From contig CAJFCJ010000009.1 of assembly GCA_904063045.1 (NCBI GenBank), positions 476,942 to 540,941 of the forward strand: 64,000 nt of DNA, read 5' to 3'. The notes below the pieces were generated by a model. It searched no databases. It was not told where the DNA came from and saw nothing but the letters and a program-made list of their open reading frames with translations. This stretch comes from Dimorphilus gyrociliatus. Lineage: Eukaryota; Animalia; Annelida. Numbering within the stretch: position 1 is the stretch's first letter; every line of letters starts with the position of its first letter. Made by a program: the position numbers and the translations under genes. Positions 48,941 to 62,381 of this stretch are shown in pieces.

Positions 48941-51244
48941 GTGCAAACAAAACTAGAAGTACAAGCCCACAGTTCAGCTCGGGTCGAACTGGATTATGTT
49001 TTGCTCCTTAATGAAAGATCCGGGGTCATAGAACACATACTCCATGTTGACCCTGGAGAAGCTTTAGTTAGGAACCTCAAAGCGGATATTAGGGTAAGGG
49101 AAACTAAGGAAATTGAAAAATTTGAAGTAAAACCAAAGACTTCAACTAACGTCACGATAAGGAGAACAAACGAATTACGGGTGGTTTGGCAACAATTAAA
49201 CTACAAGAAACAGAAGACGCCACTCGAGCAGATCGTTTTACTGTACTATTTGCGTAAGAACGGAATAGATGATGCAGGCGTTCTCGCCGTAGGCGGCGGT
49301 TATATGCTGCATGCAGCAAAAATTCATGTAAAAAAACCGGTAGAACGAAGGGTAGTCTTTGCAGTAGACAGTAGTGCCTCCATGAAAGGCTTCCGTTTGC
49401 AGCAACTTAGAAAAGCTCTGACGGCGGCTTTGGACCAGCTGACCGAAGCAGATTACTTTAACGTGTTGCATTTCAATACCAAAGTGACGTGGTGGAGACA
49501 GGGTGAACTGCAAAAGGCGTCTGCGAAAAACGTTGAGGACGCTAAGGACTTCATGTCAAGCAGGATTCGGCCTACTGGCTGTAAGTTAATTTTAACCTAA
49601 TTACTATTCAAAGCCGAACGGTGTCGACTCGCTGCAGGGACCAACATTAATTCTGCGTTACTGGAAAGTGTCCGTATGCTGACGAAAGCTGCTCGCCACG
49701 TTCATCCATCCAAGGCATCCTTCATCATCTTCATAACGGACGGCCGGCCTTCTGTTGGTGTAACAAACCAAAGTCAGATCATTTCTAACATCAAACGACG
49801 AACGTCGTTTCCTTTGTATGGCGTAGCATTAGGGCGTCAAGCGGACGTCTTGCTCTTAAGAAGATTGTCAGCAGTCACCGGCGGATTTTCTCATCAGATT
49901 CGAGTTGACCCTCAGGCATCAACGAGATTGAAGTCTCTGTTTGACAGGCTCAATAAACCAGCTCTTCTTGCATTCCAAACTACTTACGAAGGGATAGAGG
50001 AACGCACGCTGTCTAGAACACGTTGGCCAATTTATATGAACAATTCGGAAGTTCTAATTGCAGGTAAACGCAAGTCGCCGGAAACACCGCTTAAAGCCCA
50101 TCTAAACGGCTTAGATGGCGATGGACATAACCTTTCGAAAACAACGACCAAGTGGGATGATATTGGGAATGCCAGTTTAGCATGGGCTTATCTAACTATC
50201 TCTCAATTGCTGGATCTCACATCATCAGAAAACAGACGCAGAGCTCAGCGGTTGTCATTAGAGGTAAGAGCTTTGACGAATGAGTACAGCAAAGAGTCAC
50301 GTTATGCATTTATAACAGTATGGTCTAGTGACGCCCGTTTCCTCTTTAACGTTTCATTCTCCTCGTATTCAAGTGCATCTTGAGCGTCACGATGACTGGA
50401 ACGCGCTCGATAAAAATTCAGGTATGGGTGTATTAGATTATCTTTGCAAATCGATATTGACACTGATGGATAACATTTTTTTAGCACCCTGGACGTGGTC
50501 TCCGGCACCTGGAGAGCGTCATGACGATTTCGGTAAGAAATTTTATGAAATATAGCATTTTCTTGTAAGCCTATTTTGCACTTTGCAGCTGAGAGCGACC
50601 CACATTTTTTGTTGAAAGCGTCAGGGGGAGCCAGTGTTTGTTTCGACGTCACAGCCGAAAACGGCACGGTCGTTCAATTATTGCATGACTCCCGAATTAC
50701 GCTTAACGCTCGTCTTGTCGAATACGAAGCCAATCGAACGTTTTTCGGGCAAATGGCAGCCGCAGTGGGCCGTCACAGAATCATAGTGACGCCGCGGAAA
50801 ATTCTCGTCGATTCAGCGCCTTATAGATGGAAGAGTGTCGGATATAGCCTAAATGTATCTGCAATAACTTCCATCTCTGTTTCGCGTTTTCGCGTCCGTA
50901 TCAAAATTAAAGGGGGTTCAAACATAACTCTTTTACGCCATCTGGCGGGAACAGATCGTCCAGATCATTTGGGTATCTATATAAAACGATCCAGATCTGA
51001 CAGTCACCGAGGGTCAGGTTTACTAGCCTTTCTAAGAAGATCACGAGTTCGAATAAAAGAGATGAAAAATGAGACTGAAATAACTTTGTTCGACGGTGAT
51101 AAACTGATAAAGACTGTGACAGGGAAAAAATCGGCCCGATATAGTCGATTAAAAAAGAAGAGAATAGACTGTTGGTTTGTCAAAAAACTAGTTAATGTCA
51201 ATAATTTCGTTGTTCCATTTTTAACGTTTAATGTCCGCGCTTAA
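48941..51244 (+). CDS. Inter-alpha-trypsin-inhibitor heavy chain-like VWA protein; 5' exons not resolved
   Basis: VVFAVDSSASM (MIDAS), DYFNVLHF, TNINSAL, IIFITDG, WAYLTISQLL, VTPWTSLVV-like segment, AAESDPHFLL and VCFDV (ITI heavy-chain C-terminus). Confidence 0.8.
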
Positions 51245-51327
51245 AATATAACTAAAATGTATTAACGCGTCAGACACGAAGCTCATTTCATGATTACAGT
51301 GCACACACTCGTTACTTTGACTCCGTG

Positions 51328-51891
51328 ATGGGATGTTCAGCGTCTAAATCCATTGCACCACCAACTATTCTACTCTCTCGTTCAGATCAACTTTCCGAAA
51401 AACAAAAGAGTGTTATACGTAATACTTGGAAGAGGATATCGAATGACCTAAGTGGGAGAGCGGCTATGGTATTCTTGAGGATTTTCGAGTTGCATCCGCA
51501 AATTAAGAATCTTTTTCCTTGCCGAGATTTAGAAGGTGAAAAACTTCTAAACGATCATCATTTTAAGGGGCATGCCTCTAGATTTATGCAAGCTGTGGGG
51601 GCAGCCGTTGATAATCTTGACGATATGGAGGTTTTATCACCCCTTCTCATTGGTCTGGGCAGAAGACACGTTCTCTTTCAAGGCTTCAGACCGAAATATT
51701 GGGACGCTTTTACTGAAGCGATTCTTTTCGTTTGGAAGCAGGAGCTAAAATTTCGATTCAACGGAGATGCTCGAGATTCATGGCAAGCCGTTTTGAATTT
51801 TATCATAATCAAGCTTAATGAAGGCTACAATGAAGCATTGAGAGAAAAAATGGAAAATGAAGAGAAAAATGAAAGTAAGGCGAATAGTTAA
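51328..51891 (+). CDS. Globin with N-terminal acylation signal (globin X-like), intronless CDS
   Basis: MGCSAS start; A-helix W (RNTWKR), CD1 Phe (KNLFP), E7 His (KGHASRF), F8 His (GRRHV). Confidence 0.9.
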   Translation: MGCSASKSIAPPTILLSRSDQLSEKQKSVIRNTWKRISNDLSGRAAMVFLRIFELHPQIKNLFPCRDLEGEKLLNDHHFKGHASRFMQAVGAAVDNLDDMEVLSPLLIGLGRRHVLFQGFRPKYWDAFTEAILFVWKQELKFRFNGDARDSWQAVLNFIIIKLNEGYNEALREKMENEEKNESKANS

Positions 51892-54288
51892 AAGCTCAAA
51901 ATCGTGACAACTTTATATACTTTGTCTCTTTTTGTCTCTTTCTTCTATACCTTCCTTTATCCTTTTACTCTTCCCCCTGCTATATCTTTCTTTCATAGCT
52001 GTGAGCAGGTTACTAGAAAGAGAAAATCGCTGGCAATATATGAAATGGAATGAAAAACGAATGAAAACCCCTATGGATGACGTGATTTTGATGTTTCTTT
52101 CTTTATTCTATATAACATCTTTTTTGGTTAGCTTTTATCTATTTGATTCTACCCTATTTGCACAGGTTTGTGGTCTTGACTAACTTTTTCAGATCAGCAT
52201 CCATCACGGAGTACTAGATAAGGGAAAAAGAAACGCTCTTCGTGCTGGATTTCACCAGATACAATCATCTTACACTATAGATAATAGAAAATGCGATGAA
52301 TACGTATTTTCCAACTCGTTGCGTCCCAATTATTTAGTTCCACACTAAAAAAGAAACAATAAATACACACATAAATGTATATTTATAAGTGATTACGAGA
52401 TTTTCAAAACGAAAAAAAAACCCCATAGTGTTTGCTTACGGCAAAATATATAAGCCCCAATTTTTTAAGTGAGTATTTATTTAATGTACCGGAGTGGAGA
52501 GGAAGGAGAGGTAGAGTGTTGGGTTAATTGGCTTCGTTCTCGCAATTAAACGCCCATAGCCCGAATTGTCACAAAACTCTAATAAGTTTTTGTAAAGAAA
52601 TTTTTGATTGACATTTTAAGAAAAGACACGAGTGAGGTGACATTTTGCTTTCTCTCTATCTTCTATCCTGAACCCGGTTTCTTAACTATCTACTCTAACT
52701 AAATGTGGTTTTCTTTCCTCTCGAAAGCCGCATTGCAGTATCAATCATTAGAGCCATAGGCAAATTTTCTCGATCTGTAGCTTCTTTTTGTTCGTATAGG
52801 ATTTGTTTTTTATTTTCTCTTCTCTTGAAGTACTTATATGAGCCTTGTGTTTTCTCCTTCCTTCGCCTATAGGAATTCGATTATTATGCATCGTCGGTTG
52901 TCGTAAAAACAAAAAAGATAGATAATCCAAGCTAATAACGTTGTCTTCCAACCGCCTAACTGGATTAACGCAAACGCATTTGCTTTTCTACATTTTTTTT
53001 TTGCTTCCACCTCTCTTTCACTTTTTCGACTGTTTCCTGAGCCAATTTCCGGTCAAAGGCAGATGTCAATTATTATCCTTTTTTATTGGAAGGAGTTAGA
53101 GAGGGAGCAGTTTATATATAAATGACATACTGGTCTTGCAGGGACACAGCAGGTAGGGAGAAGTGGTAGGAAAGCCATGAATACTCTGATATTAGTTTAT
53201 CTCTTAAGCGGCTTTTTTTCGTTTCCGTCTTCGAATCGCTGTACTTATTATAGTTGTTCCTGGGATTGTTTTTTTGTATTGCCTTCATTTTGCGTGTTTA
53301 GAGCACGTTCGTCGTCACGGACGAACGTTTCGTATTTGTATGGAATGGTTATTAATAAAGAAATTTGTACGCCGTAAAATTATATTTGCTTAGAAGCGAG
53401 TGAAAGAGAAGAAAGTGTGGGCTAAACTAAGGTAGGCAAATAGAAGATCTTACGATCAATTCCAAATTAAGTATCTCAATAAACTAAAGAAGTAAATTAG
53501 ATTTAACAATCAAGAGTTTAAGGCTTTAAATAGTTAAATTTAGGGGATAGAGTATAGAAAAAAAAAACAAAAGAGACGCCTTATCCTTTTAGATTATGCA
53601 CAATTTGGAAATGTTTTTTCAACGTTCGACCCTATCTATCATATTTTTAATAATCAACGCGTCCAACTTGTCGACATTGAATTTGATATAATCGGCGCCT
53701 AAGTATATATAGTTAGAAACGTGCTTAATATTAGTCTAAATTAGTATAGATGTATTATTAATATCATCATTATTTTTACTATTATTATTAAATTTTCGGA
53801 TAAAAAGAACTGTTTGAAATGCTTTCAGAATATAAATATCTGTATAAAAATTCTTATTTCATAAGAAAAGAGATTAGTCTATTACAACAAGACTGTTTGA
53901 GGTTAATGGAAAGAACAAAGAACATTTTTATTATAGTAGAAAACGTTCTTACGATTAATCATCGGGGATTAAATAGGTGATACAAACAATCCTACTTCAA
54001 ACCTGTTCAAAAAATTGCGGTTGACATTCCATTCTTTTTCTTGCCATACAATACTAAACACCGCTTTACGTGTTTCGTTTTAGCTTATTTTATAGGTCTG
54101 TTCTTTTTTTTTCCTGATATTCTTTTCTACGTATAATTTAACAATATTTCAAAAATTAATTGGCCGTATAAACCTAAACAAACAGGTTATATATATATAT
54201 ATTTTTTATCTATAAAAGAAATCCTAATAATATGAAACTAAACGGAAATATTAGATTTAATGTCATTCATTTATTTCCTTCTATTTTT

Positions 54289-54350
54289 TCTCTATCTCTC
54301 TCTCTTAGTCTCTCTTGTCTCTCTCTCTCTCTGTCTCTCTTCTCCCTCTT
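54289..54350. repeat. Imperfect (CT)n tract
   Basis: Read directly. Confidence 0.75.
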
Positions 54351-55753
54351 TAAACAATTACTTTATTTAAAAGTATTGTAAAATGTTGATAGTAAATTAT
54401 TAATTAAAGGGTAACTACCTCCATCTAGTTGTTTTTTTAATAACTAAGGTAATAAAGGATTATTTTGCATGGTAAGAAATCAAGTAGAGTGAATAACTTT
54501 CTAATGCTAAAATGTCACTGCAGCTATGTTGCCTTTTATTTGTATTTCTTACCATTTACATTAGCAAAGCAGATTTGACATTTACGGTTAATTCTTTAAA
54601 GAGAAGAAGCTGTAAACTCCTGTTCGTGTATACTATATACTTGCCTATTGTATTTATGTATATTTTCGTTAGAAAGAAACTGCAATTTCTTACAGTTTTT
54701 CCTCTACTAAGGATAACTAGATTTCATATAATTTCTGATCTATCTTAGATGTTTTATTATGTAAAATAATGGTCTGTTGTACTGATCAGTTTAAAATACT
54801 CTCTCTTTCTCTCTCGCTCCAAGATTTGAATTAAAAGTGAAAAATTTCCTCCCACAGAACTGTTTAATAGCACTAAAAGCAATGAAAGAAATAAGAATAG
54901 AAAAAAATAAAGAATAGGAGAATAGGAGGAAAAAGATAAGGAAAACCTTAAAAATAGATTATTATTCTCTTTCTTCTTTTTCTTCTTCTTTTCCCTTCTT
55001 TATTTTATATGAATTTCTTTTATTGTTTTTTTTATACAATTAAAAATAAGGAACCTGCTTCAGGTTATGTACTAACGAAATACAATTTTCAGTAAACGCA
55101 ATTTTACGTCCATTGCGTTTTATCTATTTATAGAACAAACTTTATTCGTTACCTTGATGGACTCTAATCATCATAAACGATTTATTTTTTTTCCCACGCT
55201 ATCAATGCAATGATTCATTATTAATGTTTGGGGTATTTCTTCTCATCCCTTCTCTAATCTTTGTCCAAATGTTAAAAATAGACGAAAAAAGTCTTTAAAG
55301 AGGTTTTTTTTCTAAGATATTTGTCTTATCTATTTGATAAATGGTATTAAATTTGATAAGATTTTAGGAAGGGATCAAACTTCTGTTTTTCTTTAGGGGC
55401 CATAGTAATGATTTTTGTACGGGTGGAAGCTAAACCTACTAACCATGGTAGTCGTGCGTCATGTAATTGAATTTGATTGAAGTTATTTTTACAAGAAAAG
55501 GGATACATACAGATGTCTTTCTTATGGATGGAACGTCTTTCGTGATTGAAACGAAGACTGCCTTCCCCCTTTTTAAGACTATCTATATCCGGGAGAAGAA
55601 ATTGGAAGCCTCAAATTTTGGACATTTATATATTAAAAATAGGGTGTCGTGTTACTTGAACTATCTATTTAAGGTTATTTTGTATGGCCTGTGGCTTTTT
55701 CTCGTCTCTGTGTTACCTCTTGATACTGTGTGCTACATTCATATCGCTTATTC

Positions 55754-55791
<38 letters not shown>

Positions 55792-56005
55792 GTTATCTAT
55801 TTAATTATCAAAGTAAGTACGACTCGACGTATAAAGGTTAAAAGGTTGTATTGGTAGTCAATTCCAGAGGAAAATAGGACAAAGCGAATTTTAAATTTAG
55901 TCCCTTATTTCTTTTTTATAAATCAACAGAAATGCTTTATTTGTTAGAGACCTCAAAATTTTGTTGACAAAACAATTATTAAAACAACTAAACATATAAA
56001 GATTA

Positions 56006-57179
56006 TTATTCTCTACCAACAAACTCGTCCATACAGTTACTTATACCGAAAAATTGACTTAGCAAGGCTTGGCATTTAGTTGGTAATAGTCTGTAGGAAA
56101 AGTATAAAAATATATATTTACATTTATCATGAACAAACATTCAGAGAATATTTTAAGGAAAACCTTAAATATTATGATAAGAAAGAGAAATTACTTACCC
56201 TTTTACAGATAGTAGGACGTATAATGATCTAGGAATCCAAACTTCACTTTTGTTGGAAAGAATTCCATCCATCATTCTATCAACAGCGTGTTCCGGAGTT
56301 ACTATCGGCAATATTTCCGGAAATCTGAATAGTAAGAATAATAATCAGTAAAGTAAAGTCTAATAATTAATTTTTCAGGATTTTTCTGTCCAAGAAAGAA
56401 AGCTAACTTTGTTTTAACTCCTTTGAACATGCCAGTATCTATATAGTATGGACAAACAACGGTTGTTTTCACCCCTGTTTTCTCTAATGAAGTTAATTCC
56501 ATTGATAAACTCTCAGTAAAGCCAACGACAGCGAACTTTGAAGCGCAATAGTCAGCTAATCCTGTAACTCCCGTTAATCCTGCGGCACTGGCTATATTAA
56601 CAATATGTCCGTGATTAAGCTTTAACATTCTTGGAAGGAAGGCTTTTGTTGTCTAATTACAGAAAGAAATTTGTACATTAATTATAAGATTCAGAATAAA
56701 CATTATAATAAAATTTTAACCCAGAAGTGAGCTGACGTATTCACTTGGAATGTCTTTTCAATAAGAGCATCTTGGCATTCCATAAACTTTTTACCAGTAA
56801 CTATACCAGCATTGTTTATCAAAATATTTATTTCTCCTATATCTTCTTTAACTTTATTTGCAGTTTCATAAATAGATTCTTTACTACTCAAATCAACTGT
56901 ATAGGTTAAGCATTCACTATTGTATCGTTGTTTAATTTCAGCTGCTGTTTTTGCATTTCCCTTAGAATCAATGTCCCACAGTACTGTTGCACATCCCAAT
57001 TTTGCGAATCTGAAAGCAAGAAGGCGTCCCAATCCACTACCGGCACCAGTAATTAGAACTGTTTGATTTTGGACGTCTTTATATCGCCAACTGTTTGGTA
57101 AGAACGTCCAAACTATAGATTCAATTAAATAGTAAAGAACTAGGATAACGGTAAAAAGTGTTTCCACAATTAGATGCAT
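56006..57179 (-). CDS. SDR16C5: Short-chain dehydrogenase, SDR16C / retinol dehydrogenase family, 4 exons
   Basis: TM N-terminus; TGAGSGLG; [11 protein letters not shown]; HFW|TTKAFLP; YCASK; [11 protein letters not shown]. Confidence 0.88.
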
Positions 57180-57261
57180 TTTTATAACGGAATGAATGAC
57201 AGAAGACTCGAAGTCCAGTAACCTTCGCCTTTATCTAAAATATAATTTCGTATAAAATACA

Positions 57262-57273
57262 AGCGCCATCTGT
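57262..57273 (-). promoter_or_regulatory. CTCF-like motif TACAGATGGCGCT upstream of the SDR gene
   Basis: Match to CTCF core. Confidence 0.5.
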
Positions 57274-57503
57274 ATCATTACGTAATGAATAGCAGCTATA
57301 ATTTTCATTCATAGAACATATAATAGTTCATTAAACCTTTTAGCTATGTGAATTTTTATTAATATAAACTTTTTTGGAATTATATTACATTCATATTTGA
57401 ATATCAAATTAGACTTTAATCCCTATATTTCACGTATATCAGTCAATTATTTTCTTCGTATTCAAAGTACCGTCCCACTTTTTCTTACGAGTTCATTAAT
57501 AAG

Positions 57504-57755
57504 TTAATGGAAGTTTTTTCTTTCGCGCCTCCCTTTCCTTCTAGCCTTTCTTCTATGCTTATTAGAATTGGTTTTCTTCGTTGACTGTCTTTTAATTGAA
57601 GCTCGTCGCATAAGAGGTGATTTAGCAACCCTTTTACCACTTTTTCCATTTTCTTTACCCAAGTAATCTTCTTCCGAGCTGTCTTCATTATCGCTTAATA
57701 TTCTTATACTTACTACTGGATTGAATGTTAATTGTTTTTTTAGTTTTTTTTTCAT
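57504..57755 (-). CDS. Possible small basic protein (83 aa) with an RVxF-like motif
   Basis: ATG ORF in otherwise stop-rich AT DNA; KQLTFNP motif, acidic patch, Arg/Lys-rich tail. No homology recognised. Confidence 0.4.
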   Translation of the reverse strand: MKKKLKKQLTFNPVVSIRILSDNEDSSEEDYLGKENGKSGKRVAKSPLMRRASIKRQSTKKTNSNKHRRKARRKGRRERKNFH

Positions 57756-58173
57756 GTTATTTTTTTTTTCATATATAAAAAAAAATGAATAATTTAATTT
57801 TTTAAACTCTTTAAAATGATGTCCAAATCGAAATATAATGTTAATTATTAATATTAAAATAATTACTCTTTTAAATATTATCGTTTCAACAGTTGAATAG
57901 TTAAATAATACTATAACTTTTCCAGATGTTTTTTTTTTAAATGATTATCTATTATTTTCAATGGGTTCTTAGTGAGGAGAGAAAAAAAAAACAGAGTTCA
58001 TTAATTATTTCTTTATTGATATGAAAAAAATATTAATTATACTTTCGAATGTTTTAATTACTGTTTAATATGAAATAATTGAATTATATCTTTAAGGGAT
58101 GAGTAAGAAATTTAGGGTAAATAATTAACATAAAATATTCAAGTTTTTGTTCTTAATATTCTATTTACAGCTT

Positions 58174-58734
58174 TTAAGGTTCTTGTACTTTTCTTTCTCT
58201 CTCGTGATTTAGTAACCATTGTTTCATTTCGTCTTTTTGGCCTGCTGCGTAGTGGCCAGGTTTCTTTGAGGCGAGTATTACTCTATGGCAAGGAACAATT
58301 AAAACAACAGGATTTTCTCTCATAGAATGTCCAACTGCCCTTGAAAATCTCTTGTTATATCCGCTCATTTCGGCTAATTGGCCATAGCTTACTGTCTGTC
58401 CAAACTTAACTCTTTCAGCTAGTGTTTTCCAAATATTCAGGTGAAAATCTGTTGTCTTTTCTTCTGACCAACATATTGTAGGTAGTGAACTGGGCTCTTT
58501 GTTATCAAAAAATTCTTGAAGCCAATTTACACAATCTTTCACTGGCTTATATTGATAGCCATTGTCAGGATACCTCTGGTCTGACACAACAACCGAGGCA
58601 GTCTTTTCTACTTTGAAAACTTTTGGCATATGATGAAGACTGTGGATACCATATGAGCAGCATTCTAGTTGAAATTCTCCCAGAGGTGTGTTAATCATAT
58701 ATGTATTTGTTGGACCGTATTTACATTTCTGCAT
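58174..58734 (-). CDS. MGMT: O6-methylguanine-DNA methyltransferase; start at 58734 or 58800
   Basis: TPLGEF, VKFGQTVSYGQLA, RAVGHSMRENP, IVPCHRV active site. Confidence 0.94.
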   Translation of the reverse strand: MQKCKYGPTNTYMINTPLGEFQLECCSYGIHSLHHMPKVFKVEKTASVVVSDQRYPDNGYQYKPVKDCVNWLQEFFDNKEPSSLPTICWSEEKTTDFHLNIWKTLAERVKFGQTVSYGQLAEMSGYNKRFSRAVGHSMRENPVVLIVPCHRVILASKKPGHYAAGQKDEMKQWLLNHERERKVQEP

Positions 58735-58973
58735 TGTTGAAAAAAAAAGCGCGCCGGATATTCTAGAAGTAAGCATTTCCGTTTCCGCTGAACAATTCAT
58801 AAAACATTCTGCCGTTTTATCCGCTAAACAGGTAGAGGGGGTTACTGAGCTCGGAAGTCGGAAAGTGTGTCAACAACAATGGCGGATTAATTGCTCTTGA
58901 ATTTTTACAACTTATACCCGTTCTGACGTTTGTTAAGTTCTAGTTATTAAGTTAAAAGGATAGTTGTAGAACA

Positions 58974-61900
58974 ATGGCAGACGGAGTACCTGGGGGAAGA
59001 CAGGGATCCCTTAATTTTGATTCGCCACATTTAATTTCTTCTCATCGACCGGTAGACACCTTATCGAGAAGAACACCTCAGAAGAAGAGAAGCCTAGCAT
59101 CTGTGATCAAGAAATTTTTTTTAAAGAGTTCGAAAGATGATGAAAAACAAAAAATGCTTAGGTATTGATAAAAAACTATTTATTCTATACTATCTCCTGT
59201 AAGCCTAATTTAGCAAAACAATTAGGTTTAGTACTCATAATGACTAAAAATTATCTACTGATATCGATGGGAATTATGAAATTGTCACAAGATATGAACA
59301 AATATCTAATAGTTTGATTAGCAGAAACTTTATCATTCTGCGTAAATATTAAATGTAATATCGCAAGCTAGATAACAATCTTTCCAAAACTTTTAACTTT
59401 TTGTGGGTAATTCTCAAGTTAGCGAGAAATAGTCTAAAAGATGGTAGATAACTTTTAACATTTCTCTTTTTACTGATACTTTCAGACTCGCTCAAAATGC
59501 GAATGCCGGGATTGTTGGCTTATATAATCATGGAAATACATGCTATATGAATGCAGTTTTACAATGTCTTAGTCATACTCTAGAAGTGACAAAATATTTT
59601 GTACTAAATAAATATAAGCAGGATGTTTTAAAGAGAATTGGAAATTCTCAAGAACTATCTGACTCACTCTCTAGAGTTCTAAAATCTCTGTGGACAAATG
59701 GATACAAATCTGAAATATCTAGTTCATTTAAGCATATTATTGGGAAAAAAGCCGTCCAATATAGTGGTACTGAACAGCACGACGCTCATGAATTTTTACT
59801 ATGGCTACTTGACAATCTTCACGATGAGATGAATATTGCCAAATCAACAAAAAACAAAAAGATTTCTACGAGAAAGGTTAGTTGTTCGGTTTACCTGAAC
59901 TAATTATTACGACGTTAAATAAACTGGCCTTTGTATTTTATCAGTCGGCCTGTTCTATAAAAAGAAATTTTTCCCAATCATAAAACTAAGTCTTTTAATT
60001 GAAAGTTCAGAAAAAAAGCAATTTTTTTTCTCATTACTATTCTAGACTGTCGGAATTTATATACAAATAGAGGGCATTATATAAACAAACAGTATATACA
60101 TTTAAAATTTATTTAACATATATATGCGTACAAATTGATATGGGAAACGCCTAATTATTTTTTTCAATACCTTCTCTTAAGTATTGAAATCTAAAAGCAG
60201 TTGAATACAACTCGCGAGTCAACAATAGGTATTGATTATGGTTTTTATTTTGAGGAATGTTTATCACATATTTGTGTATAAAGAGTTTATTTGATAAATA
60301 AGTATTGAAAATTCTTGCATTTAATATTGTTACAGACGAAATTTATTCTTACAGACGGTAATCAGAGATGATGCGAAAGCCGCAGAAGAAGCTCTTTCTA
60401 ACCAATCAAAATGCAATAAGTCATTTATTTACGATCGATTTCAAGCTCTGTATCGTTCATCAATAACATGTCCAATGTGTAACAAGTGTTCGAATACTTT
60501 TGATCCATTTTTATCACTCTCCCTACCACTTCCTCACCAAGGACGGCGACCTGTATTCATTGTGATTGTTTATCTACCCGAAACCTTGCACTCGTTTCCT
60601 AAACAATTGAAAGTCGGTATGCTAATGGATGCTGATGAGAATATTCAGCGACTTCGAGAGGTTGTGGCCGAGGATACTAACATAAGTCATAAGAATTTGA
60701 TTCTAGCCGAAATATATTATGATGGCTTTCACCGGACGCTGACAGATGAATTATCTATCAACAGTATTCATGAAGCTGATCCCATCTACGCAATCCAAAC
60801 CCTTCCTCCCTCACAGAATAGTAGCTATATTCTTATCGTTCTTATAACAAGTTTAGGAGGTCGACGGTTTGGGTCACCTTTAACGTTTAGCTTTGATCGT
60901 CTCGCTACTTACTCTGATCTTTCTGGCTATATTTCTCAATTAATAAGAACAAATTCTGAAGCTGTTAGTTTAAAAGTAATTAGTAGCGATGGCTCAAAAG
61001 AGCTACCAAGAGACGTAGAGCATCCTCTTCTCGTTGCTGAAGTTGAGAAGATTCTCGAAGAACACATTCCAAGTTCTGGACCTGTTCATATTAAGATGGT
61101 AGCAGAGTTTCAAGATGAAATTCAGAGCGGTCTGGCTCATCAAACGGTTGACGAACACGAATCTGTTGAGCAGGTTCGTGTCGCCAATGCTTCAAACCCT
61201 ATTTGTACGTTATACGATTGTCTTCAATTGTACACAAAAGATGAACGTCTCGAAGATGACACATGGATGTGTCCTAATTGCAACAAACGGCCGGCGAAGC
61301 CAAATAAAGTTTTAAAATTTTGGTCAACTCCAGATATGTTAGTTATACACTTGAAAAGATTTCGACAAATCGCCCCAACTGCAAGAAGGGTTAAGGTCGA
61401 TCTATTGGTCACATATCCCATAACAGGGTTAGATTTATCAAAATATGTTTGTGAAAGTTCTCATCGATTCAAGTCTCCTCATAATCAGCACATATACGAC
61501 CTAGTTGGCGTGGTCAATCATTATGGTAATATGTTGGGCGGTCACTATACAGCTGTTTGTCGGTCTGGTCACCCAGACAAGAAGTGGCATATATATGACG
61601 ACAAACAAGTGAATAAGATAATGGAAAGTGAAGTTGTTACTTCTTCTGCTTATATGTTGTTCTATAGAAAGTGTTCTTTGCCTCCGGTCAACCTGGACTG
61701 GATTCCTAACTCGCCTCCACATAATATTTCAAATTTACGACGTTCGAATTTAACACGATCATTAGAGAGAATAAATATAGGTAAGTCGGAATCTTAACAA
61801 CTCAAACAAACTCGTACTTTGTCAGATATTGCTAATCAATTCAAAAAGCATTATATAAATTTTTATGTATACTTTATAGAACAAATGCAGATTACTTTCT

Positions 61901-62135
61901 ACTTGTTAAAAGCTTTCTTATTTGCCCTCCAGCTGAACCTGCGAATCAGAGAGTAATACAATCGTATGGGACTATTAGCAGAATGCGCCGAGATTCCTCC
62001 GCTCCGGAACAATTGAATACTCCTCATAATTCTTCAAATATATCGGCGCCTGCAGCAACTTTACCTCGTCGTCCTGTAGTTGAAACACAGCCAAATTTTC
62101 AATCACTCACTATTATACAAGAATCTTCCGTCTAA
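58974..62135 (+). CDS. USP31: Ubiquitin-specific protease, USP31/USP43-like, multi-exon
   Basis: Cys box GLYNHGNTCYMNAVLQCL; QHDAHEFLLWLLD; TFDPFLSLSLPLP; VIHLKRF; His box NHYGNMLGGHYTA...DD. Last exon 61933-62135 ends ESSV*. Confidence 0.9.
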
Positions 62136-62381
62136 CAACTTAAACTTTTCCTGTGCCATTTTTCCTGCAGCTAAATTCATTTGTAGATATATCATATTTT
62201 CTAATTTTGCAGAACGTTTCAAACAGATTGATTTTGACTTGAACGTTAATCTTAGATTATTTTCGTACTTGAATATTTCGTGTTTAATATTGTTACCCTT
62301 TTACTAATAAAAATTTTTTGTTTAAAAAATAATCCTCAATTAAATAATGTTGTTCTTGTTTCTTTATTTATAATCGTATGT

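Noticed and set aside
51932-52183. Hydrophobic 83-aa ORF after the globin
   Set aside because: Non-ATG start; pyrimidine-rich 3'UTR composition.
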